This document shows, piece by piece, positions 33,570 through 47,403 of a stretch of DNA of 64,000 bases. The notes below the pieces were generated by a model that was not told where the DNA came from, searched no databases, and worked only from the letters and a program-made list of their open reading frames with translations. Position numbers and translations under genes: made by a program. Each line of letters begins with the position of its first letter. Positions within the stretch are counted from its first letter, which is position 1. The stretch lies in assembly GCA_050084515.1 (NCBI GenBank), contig CM114271.1:42842001-42906000 (forward strand), written 5' to 3'. This DNA comes from Blasia pusilla (lineage: Eukaryota).

Positions 33570-36550
33570 TGCCCCTTTTTTTAAAGAGGTTGGGGCTATC
33601 ATCAACACAGACCTTTCATGTCAAGTCTTTTTTAGGAATACAAGTGGATCCCTTGAAATCCAATTGCATTCTAATAGCTCACATACAATTTCTCTTCAGG
33701 TTTAAGTTAAAGGTTGTCATACCCAACTCTTAGAAAAATTTAGTTCTTCTTTTAGATAACCCTATATTGGCTTCCATGAGTCTAAGCTAACATACTAATC
33801 TTACTAAGAAAGCATTCTTTTTAATACCTCAATTGCTCATAAATGTAAACATCCACCTATTTTACAAGGTTCATATGGCGAATTAATTTTATTATTATAT
33901 TTTAATTTGACTTGGGCTAAGTTTACTTATATCTTCATAAGTAAGATCATCCAAATCCAAGATAAATTTACATGCCTTTCCAATGCTAGTACAAGCCATT
34001 GGTCCAACACTTAGTCATGTCGTAGGTGCTTATCCACATCCAATCACTCTCCTCAAATATTCCTTGCATCTGCACTTTACATATATTCTAAATACATGAA
34101 GAACTATTTATTGTTATGCACTATCACAAAAAAATAATGATCAACCAACCATGCATTGAATCTCCAAACCCATACACAAATTTACTATTAATATAGCAGA
34201 TTCTACTTACAACGACTCTAAAATCCTAAGCTTCCGATAGTCTTAAGTCATGTCTCTTGTATCTCCATGTATAATTGTAGGTCCTTCCCTTGCAAATGTT
34301 TGAATTCTTCTAATATCTCTTGAGAGTGTTCAAAATAATACTACTCAATCCAAGTCTCCTTCTTCACATGGTAACCCTTTTACTTTACCAATTAATCGTA
34401 CTTATTGGTCCTACGTCTCAAACGCAATATGGTCTCTACTTCAAACTCCAATTTATCTTGGATGATCATCGATTAGGTCTCAGCACTTGCCTCCATTTGT
34501 AATACATATCATATTTGAAGGATTTATTAGCAATAAAATATGAAATCTAAAAAGGAATCATTAACTCCTATTGTAACTCCAATGTGTAAACGTCCTCAAA
34601 AAAGTTCCTTAATTACACATGGTTTGACATACTTGGTAGAAAACTTTAAAGATAAATCCTTTGGAAGAGTGGGATTTTTCACACTCAACCTAACTTGGCA
34701 TCGTCTTCTATCAATCTACTTAATGTACCTTAGCCACCAAACCTTCAAAAAACTCTATCTTGCTTATTTTTCATGTTTTTGTGAGTCCACAAACAAACCC
34801 TCTAATGTTGCTTGTTATGTTTGTATTGAGGTAGAATCCTTTGAAAGTCACAAGTAGAGAGGCCCTAACTTCTATATCAAGTCCATAAGCCAAAAGAAAA
34901 GAGATTATTTTATTACAAAGTACTTAGTCAAATTGTACTCATACTAGATCAGGTTTATCCACTTTGCCCAATCTCATTAGGAAAAATAGCTTAGCATGGC
35001 TAAGTTTCCCTTAAGGAAGATTTACCATTTATCACTTGTTCTACAACCAAATGTTAACCCCAAGACTAGATCTAGTGTTTTGTGGTATTTCCTTCTAGCA
35101 AAGCCCACTTGAATGGATTCATTAGCCTTTGTGGTTAACAAACCCAACTTCATCACTAACTGCATACTAAAGAAGGAATGCAAAGCATATGTATCAACGA
35201 GAAACATAACATTATTATTAGAGTTCACTGCTCTTAGGTACATCAAACTTTGACTCCTTTTGGGGACTTGAAGGAATACCTCTACATCACACAATAAAAA
35301 AAATGGTTAGCAAAAAATGAAATCAGGCTCCACTTACTAATCTTAGGCTTCTAACATTCTTTAGCTATGTTCCTAGACTCACCACAATTGTAAGAAGTTG
35401 CTTTAGCTTCCATACCCTTTGGATGCGCAATCCCTTTAAGTGGTTGGATCCACCCTTCCTATGGTAACGTTCACGATCATTCTCGGTCCTCTTGAATGTT
35501 CCCTTGTTTTTTCAAGCCTTTAAAATAAATTTTATACTCAAAGGATCTTTTTACTTGATCTTCAATGTCACCAATGTGCTCCGCAAGTTTCAAGCATTTG
35601 ATGCATAGTTTTGGTCGCTCAAGAATCCAAAAGAGCACCTTTTCAACTCTTAATGCAAGCCCACTAACATAAAGAAGATTATTTTCTTACAAAAATCATC
35701 TATGTTAGACAATGATGTTTTCTTTGCACTAAACTTACAAACATGAGTGCTTAAAGATCCTCCTTGCCTGAAATGAAAAATTGAGTGAATCAATAATCGA
35801 GCAAATTTTCAAACTCCTCCCAACTCTAATAGGACATGGTGCATAAATGTTCCTTATTATGGGCTATCCACCATTGGAGAGCATGATCCTTTATAAATGC
35901 AACTACCATACTGACCTTATCCTCCTCCTCGACATGTTGCACTTCAAGAACAACTTGAGTTTTATTAGGAACTTTGCGACTTTACATGAATGTCCCATTT
36001 TTATGGATGGTGTGGGAAAAAAATTTATAACAAAGTTTCTAGTTGGAGATGGATGCTTAATTAGTTAATATCCAACTTGGAAATCTACTCGCTCTATTGG
36101 GTTAGTTGTTTCAACATGATTTTCATAAGTTCCATCTTTTGAACATATAATACATGGTGAAAAGGTAGGATTTTGTGGCCTTAGTGAAGGAATTGTGTTA
36201 AGGATATTTTCATGCCTTGAAGGTGTTGATTGTGCTCCAAACCGAGTCTCCTTGTTTGGCTCTTGGTTAGGTGTCGATTCATCTATTGGTTTTTGGCATT
36301 TGACTTGATGCTTTGGTGGCAATCTATTCACCACGTACCATTATCTTTGCTCTAACATGCTCTAATCCTTTTCTTGTCTCTTGGGTCCCTTCCCAAGTGT
36401 TTCGACATCAATTGCTATTTTTTCATTTCTCAAATGTTTGATACTAGGCTGCTACCTTGAGTTCACCTTACGCGTTAAGTCGTTGGTTGCACCCTTGAGT
36501 TTACCTCAAGCTTCCAAATGACACATGCTATTTTGAGTTCACACTCACTA
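33570..36550 (-). mobile_element. Highly degenerate Ty3/gypsy internal region (gag zinc knuckle, protease, integrase remnants)
   Basis: SYNCGESRNIAKEC zinc knuckle at about 35355-35398; aspartic protease MFLVDTYALHSF (35022-35294), similar to 63224-63619. A polypurine tract at about 33571-33585 precedes an LTR-like start. Boundaries are approximate. Confidence 0.6.
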
Positions 36551-37884
36551 AATATTGCCTCTCGTACCACATGTTATATGCCTCTATCAAGCAAATACAT
36601 TAGGTCGTCAACAAGGAAAACAAAAATTTCTCACGATCTTAAGATTTCAAGAAAAGGATCTTCTGCGGCCCCAATTTAATCCATCTTTGCAAGATGCTCT
36701 TTGTCTAACAAAGTGGTATCACTCATCCAAGAACTCTTCTATTCCTCTCAACCCAACTACTCACAAGCAGCATATTCATGCATCTCTGATCAAATCAAGA
36801 CAATCACCTCCAAATGCACAACATAACAATATAGAAAATTGCTTGCCTCATTAAGAGGTTAAGCGGTCCTTAAATGCACACACAACTCCTCCTAGTTGTG
36901 GTTGAGCCATTGATTAGGACGTTATCCCCTACAAGGAATGGTCAAAATGCTACCTATTACTTTCTACATTCTCTTTTTATAGTACTCCTACATCCTCCTA
37001 TTCTCAAGACGAGAAAAAGGTCTCTAATTAGCTTCCTACCTATTCGATTCTTAATGCCTAACTAGATCAATGATCCTCCTACTTCCAAATCCACGATCCC
37101 TTCATATCCGCCTCCCTAGCTAGTCCCTACATATCTAACTTCTAAAGATCCAAGTGGTTGCGCTAGCACCTCTACCTACTCTAACAGGTCTACTTCTCTA
37201 ACTACCTATCTTTCCCAAGCATGTATTCATCAAGATGTCTTCACGAAGTACTGTTTCAAGAAGTCCTCTTACAAAGTCCTCTTCAAAGGTCTTTACTCCT
37301 CATAGTTTGCATAGTCCTCGCAAAGTACTTTTGTCTTTGTCTTCCATTGCCATCTTCTCAAAAGATCTTCATACAAAGATCTTCTTCGTCATACCCTTGT
37401 CTTTATAAAAACTATAGATTCTTCTTGAAGAGCTTCTTGATCTTCATGGAAGTTCTTCGCACCTCATATAGTCTTCATGAAGACTATACAAAGTCCACAT
37501 GTTTGCAGTCTTCTTCATAAAGAGTCTTTGTTTGGACAGGTCCTAAGTCTTTTTCTTTGTTCCTCACACTATCTTCGTCTTCGTTCCTCACAATGTCTTC
37601 ATGAAGACCTGAAAACTCTCTTCGTTGCTTATTTGGAAGAGTTCTCTCTTTGCAAAGACTAATTTTATAGTCTTCATGACTTCTCCTCCTTAGGGCCTTA
37701 ACTCTAAATAGTCTCCACTAGGATTAACTTCACTATTTTTCATGAAGATTCTTTAACAAACACTCCTTCCTATATTCTTTCCTTCTTTCTAAAGTTCTTC
37801 TTACTAAAATACTTCCCTATATTACTTTTGACTTACAAAAGATCTTTCTAGAGTCCTATATATTAACCAAAATGAAACTTCTCA

Positions 37885-40090
37885 AAAAATTTCAACACCA
37901 CATTATGGGATTGGTGAACCTTTATTGACAATACATTAAGGGTTCTAGTTCAATTGTAAATCCATTGATCTTGTTGACCAAGGTGGATCACTAGTGGCAC
38001 GCGTGAATGAGCAAAAGAGATCATTTCAGATGCTCAAGGAAAGGTTGATTCCTGTGCCCATACCGAGGAAACTTATCAGGGTACGTCCTTTTGAGTTACA
38101 TACACATTGGAGTGTGTTGGAGCTTGGAGTAGTGTTCACCCAACATGACGATGAGGGTAGAAAGTTCATGGAGGCTTATATTAGTCGCTCAAACAATATT
38201 GCAGAGACAAAATATGGCTCCTATGAGGGTGAGTGCTTGGCTATAATGTGGGTTGTCAAGCATTTCAAGTGTTACTTATTTAAAAACCCCTTTACCATCT
38301 TTATTGACCATCAACCACTTAAGTGGTTGACTTAGTAAGCTTCCTTGTAAGCTTGCGAAGTGGGCTCTAGTGGTGCACGAGTATGACTTTCAGGTGGTAC
38401 ATCGACTTAAGATGCTCAACTTAGATGCAGATACTTTGAGCTGTAATCCATGCTTGAGTCAACAAGATGCAACTTGAGCTCATTGGCATGGAGAGAGTGG
38501 TGACGAGATGGTGTCATGATGGCACGCATCAATCTATTTGGGCTTGTTGGCTACGGAAAACCAAAGTATTGAGACTTCGAAAATAATGTCTAATGGATAG
38601 CCCTTAGCTCCAAAGGCCGATAAGGAGGCAACAAGTGGCCAAGATATCCACGAGGATGGATAAGTCTTGGAGTACTTGCATTTTGGCGACGTCGCAAGCA
38701 TAGTGGTTGCTAGAGAGTGGGATCGGATCCTACAACAAGCTAGATGGTTTTGGTTGGAGGGGACGCATATATTGCAAGTTTGGGAGGATGGTAGAGTATG
38801 CGTAGTGCCTCATCATTTGCAGAGAGAAAACTTGGTGCAGCATGCCCACAAGGAGTTGGGTCACTTTGGAGTAAAATGGACGTATGTACAACTTCCTTTA
38901 GATTGAGTATTGTTGGGGAGGCATGCATGACGGAGATCAATAGGTTGTTTCTAGATGCATGGTGTGTGATTGGGTCCAGACATTGTTGAATGCTCTAACT
39001 CCATATTTGCATCCATAGTCGATCATGGGTTTAAGTTATAGATGGAGTTTGGATTTTTTAGGACCTTTACCTTTAACGGAGTGCCATACTTGTTATATGT
39101 TGGTGATGGTCGAGCCCTCATCGAAGATGATAGAGTTGGTTGCATTTCTCAATGAAGCGAGTGAGGGAGTAGCGTATGCCTTCCTAGATCGAGTGTTGAG
39201 TCATTATGGCGCATAAGCTAAAGTGTTGACACACCACGGTATGGAGTTTCACAAGAAGTTTTAAGCCTTGTGTGCACATGATCAGGCATTGATGGACCAC
39301 CGCACTACTTTGCGAGATCATCCTAAGGTAGATGGATTGGCAGAGAGTTGTGTAGACGGTGAAGAGAGGTTTAAGCAAGTATGGGTTACAAAGAGGTCAC
39401 TTAAGAGATTGGGACCTATAATTATAGTGGTTGGCGCTAGGATACAGATGCAACAAGCAAACATCCTTAGCGTCTTTCTCACCATACTCACTGTTATATA
39501 GCTGAGAGCTTGATTTACCTATGACCATTTATTACAATGTTGGTGAGGTATTGAACCTCGATGACCCTAATGAGTGGATGCAAGCATGGTTATTTTGGAG
39601 AGTTATGCCCATGGCATTTGAGAACTCGGCGATCGTGCAGTATTGGGATACTTTGAGATACGCAACTATTTGGGGAAGTGGTCGGTTATCGATCGATGAT
39701 CCGGAGGTTTCATCGGGAAGAATATGTCTACTTGCAGCATACGGTAGCTATGGTGTTGGATGTGACCATATGATGCACAATCTTGAGAGTGTGAGATGTT
39801 TTTCCATTTTCCGTTCTTTTATTGGAGGGATGCAACGGTATTGTTTGGAAGGACCATGTGCGTAATTGTGTGCCATGTCAGCTTTGTAACATTAAAATAC
39901 AGTTGATCCAAACTTAGCAATGGTTCCTAGAGGCTTACGTACATTGGATCTTGTATTATTCTGCCCGTGGTGGAGCCATGATGCTAGTTTAGGATGGGTG
40001 TTTGAAAGGGTGACATATGGCATGTCTGACATCCCCTTTCACTAGGGTTCCTTGCGGACGATGGATGTGCCTCAGATATACATAAAGTAG
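37885..40090 (+). mobile_element. Ty3/gypsy pol remnant: RT end, RNase H, integrase and C-terminal PHD finger
   Basis: RNase H RPFELHTHWS...SRSNNIAETKYGSYEGECLA...DHQPLKWL (37994-38335); integrase HHCC region HAHKELGHFG (38667-38906); core RWSLDFLGPLP (39025-39216) and DHPKVDGLAE; PHD-like MLV*DGCLKG*HMACLTSPFTRVPCGRWMCLRY (39978-40079). Confidence 0.85.
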
Positions 40091-40348
40091 ATACTAGGTA
40101 GTCATAGATCCTGAGTTATATGTGTAACATGGATGACAAGAAGGCAACTAATGATGGGGCCATATGAGCATCCAACTTTTTTTCTCTTAGTGTCCTAAAG
40201 ATGTGAGCCATGGTAGGTAGGGATAGATGGCTATCTGGAGTAAGAGGGACTTAACCACCAGCTAGGGGGAAAATTGAAGATATTTTGGTACTTGATCATC
40301 TCAATGTTTACATGTCATGAGTAAGTATGGTATCTTGTTGATGAAATC

Positions 40349-41510
40349 GTGAAATCACTTAAAGAGCATATGTTACCCCAAAGGAACATAGTGCCAAAAA
40401 TTCTCTATTTATCCAAAAAGCGAGTGGGGAAGTTGGGTTTAGATTACAACGTGATCCATATCCACATGGGTATATATTATTTCATGGAGATTTTAAGTAC
40501 TCGTGAGTTAGACACATGGAGGACTCAAAGGCATGGAAGCATGTGGAATACCTATATTCTTCCTTTAATAGAGAGAAGAGGGATTTTTGGTTTGGCTTAG
40601 ATGGCTTAAATCCTCGATGAAAAAACGACAAGTTCATGGTCGACTTGGCATGTATTGTTAGTGAATTACAACTTGCCCCCGTGGTTGCAAACCAAACTTT
40701 TTTTTTCCTCCAATTGAAACTAATCATCATGAGCAAAGAAAGTATCACTAGGAAGAACATCCACACATCCTTGGCTCCACTTATAGAGGAGTTTAAACAA
40801 TTGTGGAAGGACGTTTAATTTCACGACATGAGACAATTGAATGGTGAGTGGAAAATTACTTTTAGAGCCCTCATATATATTATGAACCATCAATAACTAC
40901 CCAAGTTATGGATTAATATTTGGACAAAGTTATGGTGGCAAGCTTGCTTGTACCTTATGTGGGAAAAATGTTGATTCCAACTTCTCCAAAGAGTGTGGAA
41001 CACCAATATATGGTGGTCATCGGCATCATTTCCAAAGGGATCCTAACTATAGGGGCATAAATTATGCTTCACTTTTTGAAAGAAAGAACTTGAACCACTT
41101 CTACATAGAATTGAGGTTGTAGAAATTCTAAAATGGGCGAAAGAGAAGTACATGTACGACAAGAGTGAGGGTCGAGAAGATGGTCCTCTAGACCCTTCTA
41201 AGAGAACATATGTGAAGCGAAAAGGAGTGTTGTTTGATCTACCTCATTGGGAAGTATCCTTCAAAAACAAGTTGAGAGAATCGTAAAGTAATTTTGAGGT
41301 TTTTTTTTGTAAATTAAATATTTCATATGGTCTATCCTTGATCGTGATGAGTCAATAACACTACTAATTTGATGTACTTTAGATATTATGCACGTGGACA
41401 AGAATATCGTAGAGAATGTAGTAAGAAAAATCTTTGGGGTTAAAGACATAGTGGAAGTGCGTCAAGAATTGGAGAAGAGGGGAATCCAACGCTGCATATG
41501 GACAAAGTTT
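40349..41510 (+). mobile_element. CACTA (En/Spm) Tnp2-type transposase fragments
   Basis: MLPQRNIVPK..YLSKKRVGKLGLDYNVIH; AWKHV; FGL.DGLNP; LVNYNLPPW; LAPLIEEFKQLW; LFDLPHWE; DIMHVDKNIVEN. These are the ordered Transposase_21-type motifs, frameshifted. Confidence 0.85.
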
Positions 41511-41639
41511 GTGTCTATAGACACGTCAATATCCGTGGACTTACGGCTGTCCTATAGAAATAATTTTCCATGTGGGCCCCATATCCCCACAAAAAAATGC
41601 ATTCATGCATATACCTCGAGACCACATAACAAAATCAAC

Positions 41640-42110
41640 GTAAAAATGGCTCACGCGGCCAAGTCCACTCTCAAATCTACATCAGTATATTGAGCCACAT
41701 CCACGCTATGGTATGAGGGAATTCGAATGCTACCATCTTAGTTCCCACACACACACAAGCAAGAGAGGTACTCTAAAGGCTCAACATGAGAAATATAGCT
41801 GGAGAAAGCCATCTCTTTCTCTCTTATATCCTTGGGAAGAGCCAAAAGGCTTCCCCCAAACATAGCTTCTACAACAATAACCTACGATCACGGGTTATCG
41901 GATGACTGTTGACTCGGTCAATGGATCACCAAGACAAAAATAGCAAAGAAGAGGATTTTTCATAAAAAATTATCCCAACGTAATGGATGTGTGATAACCT
42001 CATCCGACACCTCAAGAGAAAGTTACACCCAAATCACATGTTGACCATCTATCTTGTTGACGTGGTAGAACTCTCTACATGTCTACTTGCTAAGATGTGG
42101 CAAAGTAGAG
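41640..42110. repeat. Dispersed LTR-like repeat related to 11400-11940
   Basis: Shares sequence blocks with 11400-11940 and lies just after the point where the CACTA coding remnant breaks off. Confidence 0.5.
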
Positions 42111-43839
42111 TTTGTTGTTGTGATGACTCAAGATGTTGCGAGAGTGACTGAGCCATAGAGAGGTGAATTTGAGATAGACCATGGGAGGAGAATAATGGCC
42201 GCTAGTCCAGGATTCCCCAATCTTTCACATTATTGAAGGTACTACACACACTGTCAATGGTGCGTGGATGAACAACGATGCCCATAGGTGGCACATATAT
42301 ATTGACATCACAAGGAGTTGGAGAGGCAAGGTGATGCAACGATCACATTGGCAATATTCGCCGATAGTGTTAGCTAGCCATGAGAGTTTTTGAAAGGGAG
42401 CATCCATGCAAAGGACATCCCAATAGCAGATAATCCTACTGGGGGACATGCTATAATTGGTGTCTGGTCCCATGGTATTGGTGCTAAGATCTCTTCATCA
42501 TTGTGGGATATGAGCAGGGATGTGTAGATGAGTTCCGACAAGGTAATGAGTTAGGAGTGGATCCATACTTCTATTCTAGGATAGAAAAAAGCAGGTGGTG
42601 ACGAGAATTGGGGATGTCGTCCCTACCTGCGGCCACTGCATCATAGAGCAGACGTAGATCTTTCTTGGTTATGTCCTCAGGGTTGTTGAAGTCCAGCCAG
42701 ATCGGGCAATTCTCCACCTTCCAATCAGACATGCTTTGAGCCATCTCCATGTCGTACATGGAAAATGTCTCTCCATCAGGCAAAGAAGCCCACAATTTGC
42801 AGGCTGCCGGTATTTTTTGCCATATACCTGCATTCTTACAATGGACGAGGTACCTGAATACCATAAGTTGGGTAGCTCTTAGTTTAGATGCATCGGCCGT
42901 CTGTTCCTGAAGATCTCGCTTATTCTTTGCGAAACCCCTTTTCTTCGCCTCTATTTCTTCATCAAGGTTTGCCTGAGGGTGGATCCTATCCTTGAACATC
43001 GTCTTGAAACCTGGGTTTTTTATGGGCTTGTCCCGCATGTCATACAGCCAAAGTTCAAAATCTTCAACACTCTCTAGGTTTGCTTCCTGCGGAACTGGCT
43101 CTATTCTTTTCAGCTCCACTTGGAGACCCGCCAGCATGGACTTCCCGAGAAGCCACAACGCGTCCTAGAATGACCGATCACGGAGCCAGTGGGAGATCAC
43201 TGGATTAGAGACACCCGGAGGATGGTGTACCTGTTTGGGCCTCTATGCCCTCGAGAGTGATTTTCATCAGTCGGATTCTCCTAAATTCCGAAATTCCAGA
43301 CAAGGAAAATCGATGCACGCAATTGAGAGACACTTTCTCCCCAATCTGACCTTGCGGATCTTCATCCCTCTTCCGGTGGCGCTTGATTATCGCTTTCAGC
43401 TCCTTGTAGAAATCGGGGCCAAGTTTGGGGTTGAGAATGGCAATGTAGCGCTGCATCTTGCTTCCTGTGTACTTCGTAGCTGCAGATACTGCATCTTGGA
43501 TGAACTTAGCATGCTCATACACAGACATTTTCTCCCTCCGCTCCAGCTCCAATGCAGCGCTCTTCTTGGCGGCATGTATCTTCGACCAGCAAAGGATTGT
43601 CACTACTGCATCTTGGGAAATAAATGTATTTGCCCAAGTCTTTTTTTTTTATTTGAGCACCCTTTGCCAACATCTCATTTACAAGGGCGTCGCCCAAGAA
43701 CCCCTTGTACTCTACCGGGTGCGTCGTTAGCACTTTCTTCACCTGATCGTAATCTTGGATCTAGTGGTGGGTGACATTCCCCTCTGATACAATCCTGCAC
43801 ATCCAAACTCAATATAAGAAATTTTGCAAGCTACATGGG

Positions 43840-44490
43840 TTCTTGCAACCCGTCGAACTCCGACAGGTTGTCACAGCTCATGGTCGAAATGGTAGCTACG
43901 AGCTAAATTTTGCAACCCATCGGAGTCCGACGGATTGCATTCAGATTTGTGATTGTGTGGTTTCAAGCTGTCGGAATCTGACGGGTTGTCTGATAATTTG
44001 TATGTAGAGAGTGGTCTCCACGAGAAAAGTGAACATATCAACCCGTTGGAGTCCGACAGGTTGCGCAATTTCAATTAAAACTGCAATTTGACGCCAAAAA
44101 TCTAGCTCCCCTACTACAATCACCTTCCCGTGTCAGCGAATGCAACCTGTCGGACTCCGACAAGTTGGTTTTGGCCAAAAACATCCAAAAACAGCTGCCA
44201 GTCAAGCAACTTGTCGGACTCCGACGAGTTGCTTTCTTCCAAAAACATCCAAAAACAATGGTTAGTCGAGCAACTCGTCGGACTCCGACAAGTTGCTTTC
44301 GGCCAAAAATATCCTAAACCAATGGTCAATCGAACAACTCGTCGGACTCCGAAGAGTTGCTTTCCGCCAAAAACATCCTAAACCAGTGGTCAGTCGAACA
44401 ACTCGTCAGACTCTGACGAGTTGCTTTTGACCAAAAACATCCCAAAAATAGTGGCGTGTGAAACAACTCGTCGGAGTCCGACAATTTGCA
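43840..44490. repeat. Intronic array of the 25-bp palindrome CAAC(C/T)(C/T)GTCGGA-N-TCCGAC(G/A)(G/A)GTTG, including six units at 64-65 bp spacing
   Basis: Palindrome starts at 44143, 44207, 44271, 44335, 44399 and 44464, with further copies at about 43846, 43914, 43968 and 44039. Confidence 0.9.
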
Positions 44491-44601
44491 GCAAGAGGAA
44501 ACTTACGTGTTCATGGCATGCATGGCCATCTCCACCGTCGCCATGTGATGAGGGTATGGATGAAGCACGACCGCCTTCACGCAAAAATGCGCCTCCAATG
44601 A

Positions 44602-45083
44602 GTTTGGGCGCTCCTCTGCAAACTGGGTCCACGACATGAACCTTTGGTTTCCATCCTAGATGAAGAAATACAGGTTCGACATCCAGTTGAATTTCGTCCC
44701 CTCAATCACCCTTATGAATTCCTGATCTCTCATCCTCCAGAATGTGTCGAGCGCTTCTAAGTCCTCCTCCGTAACCAGCGCTTGGGTTCCATGTTCATCG
44801 TAAGGCTGAAAATAGAATGGAGGGAAGCTGTCGACGTAGGATGTTTGGGCGCTCCTCTGCAAACTGGGTCCACGACATGAACCTTTGGTTTCCATCCTAG
44901 ATGAAGAAATACAGGTTCCACATCCAGCTGAATTCCGTCCCCTCAATCACCCTTATGAATTCTTGATCTCTCATCCTCCAGAATGTGTCGAGCGCTTCTA
45001 AGTCCTCCTCCGTAACCAGCGCTTGGGTTCCATGTTCATCGTAAGGCTGAAAATAGAATGGAGGGAAGCTGTCGACGTAGGAT
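44602..45083. repeat. 241-bp direct tandem duplication inside the ParB-like exon of copy A
   Basis: GTTTGGGCGCTCCTCTGCAAACTGGG... begins at 44602 and again at 44843. The segment is single-copy in copy B (about 53981-54221). Confidence 0.95.
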
Positions 45084-46194
45084 GTTGTCGCTGCCGATTG
45101 TTTCAGCTTCACAATATCCTCGTTAGACTGAATTTGGCGGACGTACTCCATTGTTCACAATCGGCAAAGTGGAATTCTCGGGGCGTTCTGGCCCTCCATC
45201 ACTGCCATCTGCTTTACCACCTCTCACAACGAGGACAAGGTCAATAAGCTACACTGAATTGCCAATGAATTGCAACATGGGTCTTCACATAACTCAAAGA
45301 ACAAAGATCGTATCTTACCCGCTCTAAGACTGGGTCGGTGTCTTGGCTAGCCAACTGCTCTGGGACAGCAGCTGGCAAGTCCACTGGAAACTTGTCGATC
45401 CGATAGAGGTCAATTTCTTCCGCCGGGCTTAGAGACAAGGAGGATCGCTCTCATGCTTCTTCAGCGATGTCCACCATCTCCACGCTGGCGGTCCTCATGA
45501 CCTCATCGTCCGTCACTTGAACTTCGGCTGTTTCCGCTATATTGATTGTGTCCCCGGACTTCATCGGGGACATTTCCTGCATCTCAACATTTCGGTTGGA
45601 CGGCCGGGCTTTCTTCAATGGAAATCACTTTTTCCCTCCGAGCTTTTGCCAATTCTGCTCTTCTCACCGACGCGTCCAGACGCTTATTTTCACGCTTTTT
45701 GTCGACGATCCTTTTCTTCAAGGCCTCTGACGCCTCAGCCTCTGCATCCTACTTTTCGAGTGCCTCCTTTACACGTTTTGCAAGAAGCTCTTGCTTGTGC
45801 ATCTCTGCTTCCCTTTCCCGCTCCTTGATTTCTTGCTGCCTTATCTCATTTGGCCAAACGAGGCCCTGGAGATGGTGACGTAAGAGTCCTCATGGAATTG
45901 GGAGTGAAGCTCCCAGCCTTGTTTCCTTGAGATTTTTTCCTTGTCATTGTTCCCAAAAATGCCTCCTATGGACAAGGAAATTGCTCTCTGTGCACGAGGA
46001 GTCGCCTTGCTAATGTCGTGATGAGTTGCCTTGATGAGTAGCTTGAATCGTCTCGCAATCGTCTCGCGATCGTTTGCTCGAATCGTCTCGCGATGAGTCA
46101 CGGTGTAAAGCGCCCCTTGGTATCTAGTCAGCTGTTGCGCGGAAGAGCAATTGAGATCGCGAAACAAAAAACCGGAAATGAGCGAACCCTCGCC

Positions 46195-47317
46195 TATTTA
46201 TACTTTTCAAGCCGTTGGGCTGAGTGTTGGGTCGCATTGTCGTTCCAACGGCGACGTGTCGGTCGTTATGGAAGTCTGGACGTGAAAAACACCAACCCGA
46301 CGGCTTCGACGGGTTGCACGCTTCCCGCGGATTTGAGGCATCCATCCTCCTGGCAACCCGTCGGAGACCGACAGGATGCGCGCCTTCGCCGTCTTCCGAC
46401 AAGAACGCGAGGTACCCGCGCAACCCGTCGGAGACCGGTGGGTTGCATGCTTCCCTCGTCTTGGGATAACAAGGCGGGCTACCCGCGCAACTCATCGCGG
46501 GCCGACAGGTTGCACGCTTCCTTCATGTAAGCGTTACAAGGCAAGGCACTTGCGCAACCCATCTGAGGTCGACGGGTTGCGCGCCTCCGCTGTCTTCGGG
46601 CAAGAAGGCGCGGCACGCGCGCAACTCGTCGGAGACCGACGGGTTGCACGCTTCCTTCATGTAAGTGTTACAAGGTGAGGCACTTGCGCAACCCATTTAA
46701 GGCCGACGGGTTTCGTGCCTCCGCCGTCTTCGGGCAAGAAGGCGCGGCACCCGCGCAACTCGTCAGAGACCGACGCGTTGCACGCTTCCTTCATGTTAGC
46801 GTTACGAGGTGAGGCAATTGCGCAACCCGTCCAAAGCCGACAGGTTGTACGCTTTGCTTATCTTGGGGTTATAGGTGAGGTACCAGGGCAACCCGTCGGT
46901 TAGCGACAGGTTGCACGCTTTTCTATCCCTTGCGACAACGCATAGTTCCGAGGCAACCCATTGCAATCCGACGGGTCACAAGATCTACCTTGAGTTGGAA
47001 AATCCCGCAAAAGTCCCCAAAAATTGGTTGCCTTAGCATATGCAAGCGATATCTCATGTTTGATGCTAGCAAAATCGACTCAAAAGACCATTGGTCAGCA
47101 AGAAGGGGGTACCAACCCAACGGACTCCGACGGGTTCCAACAAATAGAGGTGGGTGCTTCGCAACCAACGTCTCTGATTCCCAAATTTTGCAACCCACCT
47201 GACTCCGACAGGTTGCAAAAAAATTGAATCCATTGTGTCAGACATTCTCACCTACCAAACTTCATCTTGTCAGTCAAATTCTGTCAGGAGAATGTGAGTC
47301 CCTATTCACTATAAATT
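46195..47317. promoter_or_regulatory. Divergent promoter region between the two element genes, filled with palindrome repeats
   Basis: TATAAATA on the minus strand at 46195-46202 (TATAAACA at 55269-55276 in copy B) and TATAAAT on the plus strand at 47310-47316, upstream of ATG 47404. More than ten CAACCCGTCGGAG.CCGAC(G/A)GGTTGC-type repeats lie between them. Confidence 0.55.
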
Positions 47318-47403
47318 AAACATTCTCATTCTCATTCTCATACCCATTCCCATTTTTATCATCATTCTTATTCTCAATCTCCTCCCGGTGGAATCTTCTG
47401 GGA

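Larger units (their letters stand above)
42606..45960 (-). pseudogene. ParB/Srx-like domain gene, copy A (3' methyltransferase-like part missing)
   Basis: Coiled-coil N-terminus (about 45500-45890); exon RRIPLCRL*TMEYVRQIQSNEDIVKLKQSA...FPPFY...YFFI*DGNQRFMSW; palindrome-filled intron about 43797-44505; helical middle region in ORFs 43205-43603 and 42571-43158. Contains stops, frameshifts and a 241-bp internal duplication. Confidence 0.7.

Noticed and set aside
44143-44490. CRISPR-like array (about 27-bp palindromic repeats with about 37-bp spacers)
   Set aside because: The spacers are similar to each other (CCAAAAACATCC.AAA...), so this is a 64-bp tandem repeat. It lies in a spliceosomal intron of eukaryotic DNA and there are no cas genes.
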